From contig OZ361256.1 in NCBI GenBank assembly GCA_977018835.1, positions 1,674,001 through 1,738,000 of the forward strand: DNA of 64,000 bases, given 5' to 3'. The notes below the pieces were generated by a model. The model had not been told where the DNA came from. It saw nothing but the letters and a program-made list of their open reading frames with translations, and searched no databases. Source of the DNA: Minutocellus sp. GHC0000111 (lineage: Eukaryota). Positions 32,428 to 44,300 of the stretch are shown here, piece after piece (the first letter of the stretch is position 1; every line of letters starts with the position of its first letter). The position numbers were made by a program, and so were the translations under genes.

Positions 32428-34632
32428 TTACTCCTTCTTCCCGCTTGTCTTGCCATTCAAATGAGAAGACAAAGGCAAATATCCAATGTTGTGCTTCGTC
32501 AAGTAACGCCTACTCCACAATCGAATCGAAGTCAATATCACAACAACGATTCCGATAAGTATTAGAGTAGATTTGGCATCAAGGACGTTCAAATCACTCA
32601 TCCTGTAAGCGGCATCGACGGGAGCTGTCGATACCTCCTCATCGCCCCAATACACCTCCCTCAGGTATTGATAGACGTGCATGTGATCCCAGCTCCCATT
32701 GTTCAACTTGCACGAAGAGCAATCTTTTGCAGATGGCCATGCCAGACCACTTGAGACCGCCTTCGCGTCGGTATTTTCTGCAGCTTTTCTTGATACGGTT
32801 GATGTGACGCCGTTGTGATATTGCCAAAGCCAAAGACTCATTTCTCTCCAATCGTCTTCGCTAAGTCCTTCTGTGGTGCCCTTCAGCTTGTCGCAGCGCC
32901 CGTACTGGCAACTATCGTACTGTTCAATGAAATTCTTGCGGCATACTTCACACGTGAAGAATGTATCGATAACATTTCGGATAGTTTCTGCCGCCTCCTT
33001 GGGAGAAAAAGGTCTGTGATTCCGTCGATGCTTTCCACCGACAACCCCAAGCGCTGCGTCTACATCTCGCAATACCTCATCATCCATTGAAGCATCTGTA
33101 CCACCCTTGCGTTCGGCCAACCCAACAGAGAGCGTATGTAACAAACGCCAAAAGGCGCAAGTTGATCCTCTACTGGGAGACTTGGTGTTGGAGCCAGCTC
33201 CAAAGAGTCTTTTCTTGGTAGGCTGGGTGCATTCATCACTGTAATCTTTTTCAGCCGGCAGCGATACACTCAAAATAGACATGAGATTTCGTCGGCTCGA
33301 GGAAATGTGGATCCAATTCGAACGCAATAGATTGATAATGCGATGCAAGCCAAATTCCGGCGGCAAGGTCGCACTGAGCAAGTCACACCAATCCAGCAAT
33401 AGCTGTTTCCGTTCTGTTGACAGCGGTTTCTCCAGATCGTCATAGAGGCCGGCCTTTAAGCCATTGATGAAGGCAAGAGTGATATCGTGATACAACATTT
33501 CCTCTGGTGTTTGCTTCTTCTTCTTTCTTCTCCATCTGCGACCGCCTACTGTATTATTCTTTGTAGTTTTGGCCGACGAAGATATACCAAATATCCCCTT
33601 AATCCGTGCCAACGGACCACTTCTAATTGTAGCACTCTTTGTTGGGGCTGTGATTGAGGAAGCGGTCTGTGTCTGTTGCGATGAGGAGCTGATAATCATT
33701 GGTGCTCTGGCGTTTGCATTACCGCCGAGTGCTGGTACTGTTTTCTGGCTGGCATATTGGTTCGAAGCAGGCGAATGGACCATCTCCTCCTCTCCATCGT
33801 TTGTATTGTCATCAGATACATGTGATGATTCCACCACCTCCGACTTGGATCCTTCAACTTCAGCTTGGGATTGGTCTTCTTCGTTTCCATCACTCTCTAC
33901 GTCCTCACTTTGGGCAGTGACATCTCCATCTTCCGCGACCTGCTCCTCAGATTCGGCGCCCTTAGACTGATCTACAGCATCAACATCGCCGCCATCATCG
34001 CCATCCGGCCCATCATCAGTGCTCTCATTGGCTTTCGCATCTTCCTTCCCCTCCCCATCAGTGCTTTCGTCGTCGGCACTTTGCTTGTTATTGCCCTCGC
34101 TGTCTTTGTTGTCAGATTCGCCGTTGTCGTCAGCATCGGCGTCGGCACTTTCGTCATCGGCCGATGCACCGTCACCGTCTTTGGCATCGGCTTTTCCCTC
34201 GCTGCCGCTTGGGTCGGCCTGTTCGGTTTCTCCGTCACCGCTTTCCTCTTCCTCAGCCGCTTCGTCCTCATCATCTTGGTCGCCATCTTGGTCGCCAGAT
34301 ACCTCCGCTGTATCCTCACCCTCGTCTTCCCCATCTTCATCGACATCGGATTCTGTTTCGTCCTGTGAATCATCTGCTGCCGCCGTCTCATCTTCCTCCT
34401 CCTCATGTTCATCATTTGTGAGCAGGCGGCGGCGGTGGGTATCTTTGGTCAGCGATACCGGCACATGTTGATTATGTGCTTTACGGGTCCTGGTGGCGGA
34501 GTGGTGGTGCTTCGTCAATCCCCCAACCGTCTCTCGACTACCTTGGGCAACTTCAGTGCTCGCTAGAGAGGTACAAAAGAGAAGGACCGCCGCGAGCAAC
34601 GCAGCAGCAGTAGCGGAGGAAGACCTCATCAT
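32428..34632 (-). CDS. Erv1/Alr-domain (QSOX-like) sulfhydryl oxidase, secretory, C-terminal TM, no thioredoxin domain seen
   Basis: TCAFWRLLHTL, FFTCEVCRKNF (CxxC), LWLWQYHNGV, WPSAKDCSSC; signal peptide MMRSSSATAAALLAAVLLF; long D/E tract. Confidence 0.85.
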   Translation of the reverse strand: MMRSSSATAAALLAAVLLFCTSLASTEVAQGSRETVGGLTKHHHSATRTRKAHNQHVPVSLTKDTHRRRLLTNDEHEEEEDETAAADDSQDETESDVDEDGEDEGEDTAEVSGDQDGDQDDEDEAAEEEESGDGETEQADPSGSEGKADAKDGDGASADDESADADADDNGESDNKDSEGNNKQSADDESTDGEGKEDAKANESTDDGPDGDDGGDVDAVDQSKGAESEEQVAEDGDVTAQSEDVESDGNEEDQSQAEVEGSKSEVVESSHVSDDNTNDGEEEMVHSPASNQYASQKTVPALGGNANARAPMIISSSSQQTQTASSITAPTKSATIRSGPLARIKGIFGISSSAKTTKNNTVGGRRWRRKKKKQTPEEMLYHDITLAFINGLKAGLYDDLEKPLSTERKQLLLDWCDLLSATLPPEFGLHRIINLLRSNWIHISSSRRNLMSILSVSLPAEKDYSDECTQPTKKRLFGAGSNTKSPSRGSTCAFWRLLHTLSVGLAERKGGTDASMDDEVLRDVDAALGVVGGKHRRNHRPFSPKEAAETIRNVIDTFFTCEVCRKNFIEQYDSCQYGRCDKLKGTTEGLSEDDWREMSLWLWQYHNGVTSTVSRKAAENTDAKAVSSGLAWPSAKDCSSCKLNNGSWDHMHVYQYLREVYWGDEEVSTAPVDAAYRMSDLNVLDAKSTLILIGIVVVILTSIRLWSRRYLTKHNIGYLPLSSHLNGKTSGKKE

Positions 34633-34843
34633 GCTCGTTGCGTTGCTCGTCCTAAAAAAAATGAGCACAACAATACGCAAGCGGCAGAAAGGGTTTCCGT
34701 TTCGTAGAAATGAAGTCAGCAAGTCTGACTCAGTGCGGCCGCATCTCGGCCGTGTCAATACCGCCAAATCGATGGCAAGCTACCTGCATGTCATCATATT
34801 TCACCATAAGTTGCGCGAAGTAACCATTAGCGACCAAAGAACA

Positions 34844-35314
34844 ATGAAGGCCGTCAGCACCCTCCTCGCCGTTGCCGCCGTCGGCAGCTCCAGCGCCTTT
34901 GCTCCCCAGCCCCAGGCGCCCACCGTGACCTCGGCCCTTCACGCCACATCTGCTGACGAGGCTGCCGTCACCTCCCGCCGCTCGGCCCTCCTCTCTCTGG
35001 GAGGTGCCGCCGCCGCCGCTGCCACCGCCGCGGTCGTTGCCGCCCCCACCGCCGCCTTCGCCGACGAGAGCGCCGAGGACATGGTGTCCCGCATCGCCGC
35101 CAAGTCTGCCGCTGCCAACGAGGCCGCGCGCGCCAAGGCCGAGAAGGAGGCCGCCTCCAAGGCCCAGGCCAAGGAGGGCAGCTCCTCCCTCGTTCTGGGT
35201 GCCGGTGCCGCCGGCGTCGCTCTGACCTTGCCCTTCTTCCTGCCCAACCTCCTCCGTCTCGGCTCCAAGCTTTCCAGCGGTGGCGAGGATGATGGATACG
35301 GTACTCGGAAGTAG
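34844..35314 (+). CDS. Small plastid thylakoid protein with tripartite targeting sequence
   Basis: MKAVSTLLAVAAVGSSSAFAP (signal+AF), SRRSALL...AAFA (Tat lumenal signal), one C-terminal TM; strongly C-ending codons. Confidence 0.85.
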   Translation: MKAVSTLLAVAAVGSSSAFAPQPQAPTVTSALHATSADEAAVTSRRSALLSLGGAAAAAATAAVVAAPTAAFADESAEDMVSRIAAKSAAANEAARAKAEKEAASKAQAKEGSSSLVLGAGAAGVALTLPFFLPNLLRLGSKLSSGGEDDGYGTRK

Positions 35315-35597
35315 GCGACAAATATCCTTGGACCTCTTGATTGACAGTCTTATTTTGTAAAGAAATCAGGCCGGTAGGAGTAGGAGTGAACCGGAAAATG
35401 CAAATGAAATATGAAGTTGAATATGGACGGGCTTTGTTAGGGATCCCTGCGTGTATAATCAATAATAAGCTAAACATTATATTGTCGATTGTATACGCAT
35501 TGTACCGCGTTGTAGTGGTAACAGGGACCCAAACTAACTGAGGCTATCATGCCAGTTATGTTTAAGATATATCTGGAAGGTCTCACACAGGACCCAA

Positions 35598-37470
35598 TCA
35601 ATACCTCTGCTTGGCCTCGGCTAGGCACTTCTTCCTCCAACCAGCCATATCGATGGGGTGGCTGAGCTCGGATGCCTCCTCATCTTCCTTCCATATCTTG
35701 ATGGTCTTGTCGGCCTCGCACGTAATGAGTCGGGTTCCCGTCAAATCAAACTCGGCCGCATAGATGCCATTCTCGGAATCCAAACTGCCCGGCTGTGCCA
35801 CGGTCTCCGTCTTTTGGAAGTTGTACCCCGTCGAATAGTCCCAGAAATTCATCGTGCCATTATCGGCCGCCGACATGAGGACGCCGTCGTCGTTCACAGC
35901 CAAGGCATTCACAACGGCCTTGTGGCCGGTCAAATTCTTGATGAATCGTCCATCGCGTCCCTGCCACTTTTTCAGAGTATCTGCTGCGCCGGAAACAAAG
36001 GTATTCTCAAAGGACGGCATGGCCAAGGCACGGACGCTCTTCTTGTGATGCGTCAGGGTCGTCATGCATTTGCCCGCGGCCAAATCCCACAGTTTGATGG
36101 TGGAATCGTACGATCCGGTGATGATCTGCGGATCGGTCGATTTGGTCAGCAGCGCACCGACCGTGTTGTCATGGCCGGTCAGACAGTGGACCTGGTGCTT
36201 GGTCCGCATGTCCCATACCCGAGCCACGGCATCGCGACCACCGGTCACCAACAGGTCCAGGGTGGGATGGAGCTTGAGAGAGAACACGCCGCTCAAATGA
36301 CCGTGATAGTGCCGCACCACCTGGTTGGTTTCCAAATCCCAGCACTTGACCTGCTTGTCCTCGCCGGCGCTGAACAGGTAGGGATGCCGAGGGCTGAAGG
36401 CCAGGCCACGGACGGGACTGATGTGCCCGGTGAGGGTAATCTTGAGCGCGTCGGGGGCACCGACGCAGGCCTTGGCCAGGTCGAAGATTTTGATGACCCG
36501 ATCGGCACCGCCGGTGGCAAACATGTCGTTGGTGGGATCGAACGCGATGGACCGCACCCAGCCCAGATGCGACGACAGGACCGTGGTGAGACGCCACGGT
36601 GCGTGCCACTTGGGCGTTGGTATAGAGGTTGCTTCCGCGGATGATTTCTGTTTATTGGATGAGTATTGGCGATGGAGAGATGGATATTGGATCGATGAGA
36701 GAGTTGAAGTGTGTGAGAGATGAAGCCGATGAAGCACGTCATGTGTCGGTTCAAGTCAAATAAGGAGCGAAATACAATATATTTATCCAGTAAGCCAGGT
36801 CAAAATTACATCGCACATGCATATCCAAACTTACCACCAAAATACCACCCGGTCGGACCGTGCCAGATGCATCGCCGCCATCGTCCTTGGCCCCTCCGAC
36901 ATCCTGAACCTTTTGTCCCGGCAGAGCCAACACGCCTCCCCCACCGGCAGCCCCCGCCGCTGCTCCACCAGCTGGTGCTGCTGCGCCACCCGCAATGCCC
37001 AGATCCACCTCCCGATTCAGCACAATCTGCCCGGCAACTCCCGCCCCACCGCCGGCACCGGCACTGGCATCGGTCCCGGTGGCCTCCCCGCTCACGATGC
37101 GGCGGGCCGTCTCCTGCCGCAGCTCGCCCAGAACCTGGGCGGTGAGGCTGGTATTGCCCCCCTTGCTCTTGGCGCTGCTGCCGCTGGTACCACCCTCCTC
37201 GTCACCCGCAGCGTTCACGTCGGAGGGGATGACGGGATAGTTCGACCGCACCCTCCGGGACACGGAGGCCTTGTGCAGGAACCGGTCGACGGGGGGGACG
37301 AGGGCCCGCTTGGCGGCGGCGGTTGGGTTGCCGTTGGCTGCCTGTCGGCTGGTTGTGTCGAACAGGATGCGGGCGCGCTTCAGCGAGGTTCGGGCCGAGG
37401 TGGCGACTCCGGCAGGCACTGCTACTGCACCCTCGGTGGGTGCCATTGGCTGCTGCTGTTCGGTCGCCAT
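35598..37470 (-). CDS. PLRG1: Pleiotropic regulator 1 / Prp46 WD40 splicing factor; intron 36648..36834
   Basis: PKWHAPWRL...[50 protein letters not shown] intron joins GILV|KSSAE. Confidence 0.95.
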
Positions 37471-37862
37471 GGTTGCGATTGCGCCAACACGATAAAAAAT
37501 GGAAGCCAGTTCGGGATATGTCCTTTCCGTCGTCCGTTCGGAACCAGAAGCGATGCATGCCGGCGTTCGCGAGAGGCGAGGCTGCGCTGGCGCAACCGCC
37601 ATGATCGATTCAAAAATCAATCCCCTCTGCAAGCAACAAAAAAAGCTACAAGCCGAGCCTCCATTATTATCCGCCCCGGAGAGCGTATCTCGCAGCTACG
37701 TGCAAGCTACGACTCACTCTTTCCAATTTCCTCATCTGAGCATTCGGCAGTCGATACTATCATTTGTGCTCACCACCACCCGCGGACAGTATCACATCCC
37801 ATCAACGCATCAACATCAATTCAAATCGAACACCGTTCCTCTCACTCCTTCCTGCAAACAAT

Positions 37863-38963
37863 ATGTTCTCCTACGGCGATCTCTACTTTGGTTTCGGCGG
37901 TGGCTACCGCCGCAAGAAGGCCAGCAAGCCCAAGAAAAAGAAGAAGGAGAACTGGTTTGGTGAGTAACATAACAGGACGACGCACATGCATTTAGAATAA
38001 CATGCGTGCTACATTTATTTCACGTGCTGATTTGACCGTTTCTCATGTAAATCTTTCAATCATGCACCCCCTTCCTCCCCATATATGCAATGCAACGACG
38101 ACACGATAGAACGTCTCAACGTTGATCAGCTGAAGCAGCTCTGCAAGGCAGCCAAGCTCCGTCACGTCGGCAAGAAGCAGGAGCTCGTCGATCGACTCCT
38201 CGACAGTCCCATCACCTCCAAGTATGGGCCCGAGGGCAAGTACGTGTCTCTCAATGTGGACAACATCAAGAACATGTGCCGTGAGCGCAACCTTCAGGTT
38301 ACGGGATCCAAGTTTGACCTCGTCCTTCGTGTCCTTCATTACGACAACGGCACCACCCCCGAGGGTACCACCTTGAAGCGTGCCGCCACCGACGTCATCA
38401 AGGAGGTCAACGCCACGACCGGCGAGGTGACCGAGAAGCACGTGCCCAAGAAGCGCAAGAAGGCCGCCCCCTCGGCCAGCAAGGTCTACTCCCGCGTTCA
38501 GAAGAAGATCGAAAGCGTGACCCAGAAGAAGTACCAGAGCCATTGGGGTAGCAAGTGCCACTCCACGGACGTCTACGACCTCGTGGCCACCATCCTTCAG
38601 GTGGACGTGGTGAATTCCGAGGCCAAGTATCTCCAGACGGATCCCCGCTTCGCTCTGACCATTGCCAAGGCGGCCTGTACCTCCCTCACCAACAACTGGA
38701 ACACCATGTCTCGTATGGGATACGACGATTGTGGTGGCTGGGAGATCATCGATAGTGCCCTGCGTCAGATTGTCGATGCCGTGATGCCTGTCCTGAGCGA
38801 TGAGGAGAAGGAGTCTACCGCTGGGTGGATTGAAGATCTGCACAGCGTTGCCGAGCCCTATGGGTTGGTTATGGATACTGAAATCATGGAAACGGTGAAG
38901 CTTCTTCGTGGCGAAGGCGAGAAGGACGACGCAGACGATCGCAAGCCGGCTGCCGACATGTAG
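37863..38963 (+). CDS. Tandem SAP-domain protein; intron 37960..38109
   Basis: LNVDQLKQLCKAAKLRHVGKKQELVDRL and LNVDNIKNMCRERNLQVTGSKFDLVLRV; exon 1 MFSYG...NWF splices in phase. Confidence 0.85.
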
Positions 38964-39215
38964 ATTGGGGCTGCGATTGTACCAATTGGTACCGGTGTGC
39001 GAAGAAAGGTCAAATTGAGAACTCTGCTTTTGTTATTTTTTGCTAGGAACCAGCTGCTTGCGATGATATTTTTTTCCTTCATTCTCCATCGAAGCGCAGC
39101 TACGTAGCTACAAAGTATATTGTTGTTGATTCCACAGAGTTAGATTCAATACTCTATTTTAGTTCAATATATATGTCCGACTCATTTCTACTACATTTAC
39201 TTTTGAGGCCGTATT

Positions 39216-40217
39216 TTAGTCATGAATGAACCTATGGATTGCCTCCCCAGCGTTATCCTGATATTGTTCGTTCGCAAAATACCCCAAGAGCTTGGCTTGG
39301 TCGCACAACTCTCCTGAAAGTCCCACCTTGCTTCCATAGAAAATGCCAGACTTGTACGTCGAATGTTCTATCAGAGCATCGACGTATCGTTTCGCCCCTA
39401 CTTCCAGTGAATGTGCCTTTCCACTCAACGAGAGAATATTCAATAAACATCCAACAAACATCCGCTTGATACACGGTAGATCCCTCCGCACTGCAGTGCC
39501 TTTGGTGGCCCCAGGACTCATTGTAACGAAGCGGATTTCAGGATGCTTCCGCGCCATCTTGGACATCCACAGCGTGCCAACGAACTTGGAGAATGCCCCG
39601 ACGTACTTTTGGTCATGAGCGGCATCCTTTGGGAAATACGAACCATCACATATGCTTACAAACTCTTCTACTGTTCCCGATTCGAGCTTGGGAGGTTCCA
39701 ATGACATCTGAGGTACACCTCGGGCAGATTCTGAACCAGAGTATACGACAGAGGCAGCCTGACCTGATATCTTGTTTGCCTTGATCAATTCATCGACCAG
39801 TACAACATGACCGAGCACGTTGGCGGCAATACTATTTGTGACGCCGTCTGCTGTCAAATCAGTTGGGTCGGGGCCACCTCCGCCACCAGCATTCAAGACA
39901 ACGCCATCAATTAGAGCTTCGTCTTTGAGTTTCTCAACTGCATTCCTGACTGACGAAGGACGAGAGACATCCATCAGGATGATCTTAAATATCGTGCTAC
40001 TACTCGTCAGATGTTCAAGACGTTCCTTGGCCGCGGTTGCCTTGTCCATGCTGCGGCATGCCAACAAAATCCGTTGCACTCCCTCAATGCAGGCGAGTTG
40101 CCGGGCGCATTCGAAACCAAGGCCACTGTTCGCTCCCGTGATCAGGACACACGTGGGAATTGCGCTGGCACTGGCGATTCCTCCTCCTTCGCTGCTTGTG
40201 GCGCCTTGACGGGCCAT
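39216..40217 (-). CDS. Short-chain dehydrogenase/reductase (retinol dehydrogenase/POR-like)
   Basis: VLITGANSGLG, LACRS, VVLNAG, NVLGH, SPG motifs. The usual YxxSK reads AFSK with Y displaced (YVGAFSK). Confidence 0.9.
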   Translation of the reverse strand: MARQGATSSEGGGIASASAIPTCVLITGANSGLGFECARQLACIEGVQRILLACRSMDKATAAKERLEHLTSSSTIFKIILMDVSRPSSVRNAVEKLKDEALIDGVVLNAGGGGGPDPTDLTADGVTNSIAANVLGHVVLVDELIKANKISGQAASVVYSGSESARGVPQMSLEPPKLESGTVEEFVSICDGSYFPKDAAHDQKYVGAFSKFVGTLWMSKMARKHPEIRFVTMSPGATKGTAVRRDLPCIKRMFVGCLLNILSLSGKAHSLEVGAKRYVDALIEHSTYKSGIFYGSKVGLSGELCDQAKLLGYFANEQYQDNAGEAIHRFIHD

Positions 40218-40363
40218 ATCTGCCTGCTTGATTATGCCCAACTCCAAGGCAACTACTCGTAACGCGATCACTGACGCGACGCGTCGACGACGTATCTTTT
40301 GTATGGTCTGTCCATCATCCGCGCCCTCATTCTTCATTTATTTTCATTTTTCGCCACGCCACC

Positions 40364-41185
40364 ATGATCACCGACAGCCTCTCCTTCATCAGCGACATAT
40401 GCGGTGCTCTCAAGAACATCAAGCGGACTGGATGGGTCCGTCACTCCATTCCCCTGCCGGAATCGGATTCGGATCACATGCACCGCTGTGCCATGTGTGC
40501 CCTCTTGGTCACCCAACCGGCAGACCCCTGAGATGACTATTCCCGACCCGACACGTGCCGCTTCCACCCGTCCAAGGTGGACAGCACCCGTCTGCTCAAG
40601 ATGGCCGTCACACACGATCTGTGCGAGAGTCTGGCGGGTGACGTGACGCCCTTTTGCGATCCCAGCCTGGTCAATTCCAAGGAAGAGCGGGAGGATCAGG
40701 CCATGAGGGCCATCCAAAAGGTTGTTGGAGATCCTTTGGGCGAGGAATTGTACGGTCTGTGGAGGGAGTATGAAGACCAGCAAACCACCGAGGCGCTGCT
40801 TTGCAAGGACATTGACAAGTTCGAGATGGTCGTTCAGGCGTACGAGTACGAGAAGGAGCATCTGCTGCTCAGAGGAGAGGTAGCTGAGGCTGATGAGGAG
40901 GATGCCAAGGCTCCTATTGCGGAGAGCAATAATGGGGACGATAACGACAAGGCCAAGTCCAAGGATGTGCGGCCGGACGTACGTAGAGAGCCACTTCGGG
41001 GATTCTTTGTGTCAACAAGCTCAAGTATGAAGTCTCCGATGTTTCGGCGGTTGGATGGAGAGCTACGAAAACGGAGGGAGAAGATGCTTCACGAAAAGGG
41101 TTGGGACGTAACGGATGCCGAGAAGCAGCAATACAGTGAGGACACAGACAATGGTGCCAGCGATGCCAAGAAGCAGAAGATATGA
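40364..41185 (+). CDS. HDDC2: HD-domain 5'-deoxynucleotidase (HDDC2/YGK1-like); in-frame TGA at 40529-40531
   Basis: LKNIKRTGWV...ESDSDHMHRCA upstream and KMAVTHDLCESLAGDVTP...LWREYE...KDIDKFEMVVQAYEYE downstream in the same frame. Confidence 0.88.
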
Positions 41186-41377
41186 GTTTATATAGAACTT
41201 CGCAGTAAATCTATCGCTAGCTGGTCTACTTTAGTTCACCGCTGAATTATCTGCCTTCTATATTGCGAGTTTTCATTTGTCTAATGCTGCACCACTGAAT
41301 ACAATGGCAATATCGATCTTTCACTTGGTCTGCTTTATTTATTTGACACCTAAATCGATATCCATAACTGCACCCTA

Positions 41378-44300
41378 TTAGCTGCTAAATGAGTCTGATA
41401 GTGAGAGCCTATGCGTTCGATCGTCGCTGCAAGTGTCATCGCCACACATTTCGCCATGGCTGTGATCGTGAGAATGTCCATGGTCACCTCTACACTTTCG
41501 CCATGGTCGTGATGATCGTGAGAATGACCATGGTCATGATCATGGTCATGCATCTCTTTCTGGGCTAGCTCAATGGCGGCATCCCAATCGGTTTGGAATG
41601 GATCCTCGACCTGCGAGCAGATGGCATCCCAAGCTTCTTGGCCTCCCTTCATCTCTTCCTCCGAGATGAGACATTTATTGAGAGCGTGAGTAATCTCGGC
41701 CTTGTCCAGAGACTGACCAATGATGACAATCTCTTGCTGGCGGTCACCGTGGATTTCGTCCCAAAGAGGGGCGATGTCCTTCTCTAAATTTTCTGGCCAA
41801 TGAGACTTGTCAATTTCCGCCCACCACGGATTTCCTGGTAGAAGAGAATAGTGATTGCCGGCGAGCGAGAAATCTCCCTGGAGTTGTGGACAATTGGCAA
41901 GCCAGACGAATCCCTTGGCACGAAGGACGATGGAACTGTCAAAGGGCGGCGCTGCATTGTCTAGCATGGCCTCCAGAGCTTGGTTGAGTTTGCGAGGGAG
42001 AAAGGGCCGAGACGCTCGATACGTAAAGCTTCCAATGCCATACTCTTCGGTCTCAGGCTTGTGCTCACCAATTCTAGCTTCCTGAAGCCAGCCCTCGTAT
42101 TTCTCAGCGTCGCTCATGGAAAAGAGACGAGTTCCAAGAACTGAATCTAGGGGCACCTTGGAGAAGGAAGATTCAATGATCTTGGCGAGGGGATTCATAC
42201 TATGAATCAGGGCCTTGGCCTTATCGAGATCGACCGAGGAAATCAAATCGCATTTGTTCAAAACAATCTGAGATCAAATGGGAAGGAAATTTGATTGTTA
42301 GAATAAAAGCAAAATCACACGATATAATGAATTAAATTGCAGACGCATACCGCAGTATCGAACTTACCACATTGCAGAATTCCACTTGGTCACAAAGCAA
42401 ATGTGAAATGGTACGTTGATCTTCGGGGTCAGCGTGCCAGTTTCGACTGCGAAGAGACTCTAAACTATCCAGTTCATTCATAAAGCGAGAGGAGTCAACG
42501 ACAGTAACGAGGGTGTCCAGCTCGGCTATATCACCGAGCTTGAGTCCTGTAGAGTCCTCGAAGGTGAACGTCTCTGCCACGGGCATTGGTTCTGATATTC
42601 CAGACGATTCGATGAGAAGATAATCGAAGGAGCGGTCGGCAACCTCGACCAACAAATCTTCACGAAGAGTGCAGCAAATACAGCCATTCGACATCTCCAC
42701 CATGTGTTGCTCCTTCTGCCGAATGCTCACACCACTATTCACAAGGGCAGCATCAATATTGATTTCTCCCATATCATTGACTAAGATGGCGACCTTGAGG
42801 CCTTCGTAATTTGCAAGGATGTGCTGCAAGAGCGTTGTCTTGCCAGAGCCGAGGAAGCCACTCAGCAGCGTGACGGGTAGCTTTCCTTTTCTTTCTCCTT
42901 GATTTCCCAACAGATGGAGAGTGTTGGGTACCGGTGCGGCGGTAGAAATGGCCTTACGAACGTCTTGGAGGGCATCTCCTTGAAATGAGGGTTTCCATTC
43001 TTCCTCTGGGGCTGTGATAAGTGGGTTCTGCTCGCTGCCAGGGCTGGACGAAAGAACAGGTCCAAAAAGTTGGTGGCGAGTAACGAATTCCTGGCCAAAG
43101 ATTCCACCATATCGATTTGGAACAAGACCAACATTTGCTCCCTGTACCAAGTTGAAGGCCATGGTCCTCAGAGCTGCGATCGATGCTTCATCTAGTCGAT
43201 TGAGAGCATTGGGAAAGGTGTACCAATCGTAATTACTATCCTCCTCATCTTCGATGTCGGCGTCCTCCAAGGGACCATCGGGGGGTGGTTCCGTGGCGTA
43301 GAAAGCGTATAGCTGGACGAGATGAGGCAGGCCGTTGGGTCCGTAGATGGCAACTGGAGGAATATGCTTCAGCTCTCGAACCTCCGAGGCTTCGACTTCC
43401 ACCAGCTCAACCACAGCTCTAATTGCGGTCTCGATTGAACTCTCGCCATCATTTGGGACGACGGAAGGGATCCTCATACCAGACCACTTGTTGGGATTGC
43501 GGACCAGTACGCATCGGTTGCCTCGCAAGACGAGTGCACCAATGTGTTTCTCACAGGCATTCCAATAAAAATCAAGCGGGTTGCCTAGAGTAGATTTTTG
43601 CGATTTATTCGTATCGCGATCAACCTCTGTCAAAGAGGATGTGATATCTTCGCAGATTCGTTCGTACTGCTTGGTATGTCGATTCATTTCAACAGCGAGA
43701 GTCGAGAGGAAGAGGGTCTTGCCGGTAGAGTTGCAATAGCTGGGATCGTATGTAGAATTATGACCAGGAGCTAGGATTCCCGGAGATTTACTTGGGTCAT
43801 TGGTGGAGACAGACAACTTTGGGAAGAAATGGCGCAGCATTTCTACGCGATTATTGTTCTCGTCGTCAATAATCAGGTGAAGAGGCACTTCTGCACGGCT
43901 CTTGTTGGGCGAGGCACTGGCCAAATGGACGTTGATAAATCGGCCGGGCAGATTTGGATGGACAAGTCGTAGCCCAGAAATCATCTCGGGGTCACTCTCT
44001 TGGAGGAGGTTGTGAAGGATGAGAGCCAGCGGACATAGATCACCGTTGGCAGCCAGGACGATATTTCGTAGCTGAAGTCGCTTGAACATTCGCACAAGCA
44101 AACGACTGATGCCCTTGTCGCGTCGTTGCTTCTTCCCGCCGCTACTATTTGGGGAAGAGGGATTGCTCGTCATTGCAAGCGTTGTAACATCGACCTCTCG
44201 CGTGGCTTCATTCTTGAGCGCTACTTTCATCTCGGCATCGTCCTCAAACATGTCGCGAATGTCGACGACCAATATGCCCTGGCGCATCGGTGGGTCGACA

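Noticed and set aside
35658..37995. Long + strand ORFs (328 aa and 392 aa) overlapping PLRG1, and similar ones opposite the WD40, USP, HSF and SAP genes
   Set aside because: Antisense shadows of GC3-rich coding sequence with no recognisable motifs.
40529..40531. TGA as selenocysteine
   Set aside because: It lies in a non-catalytic loop of a non-redox enzyme, and no SECIS was recognised in the short 3' region.
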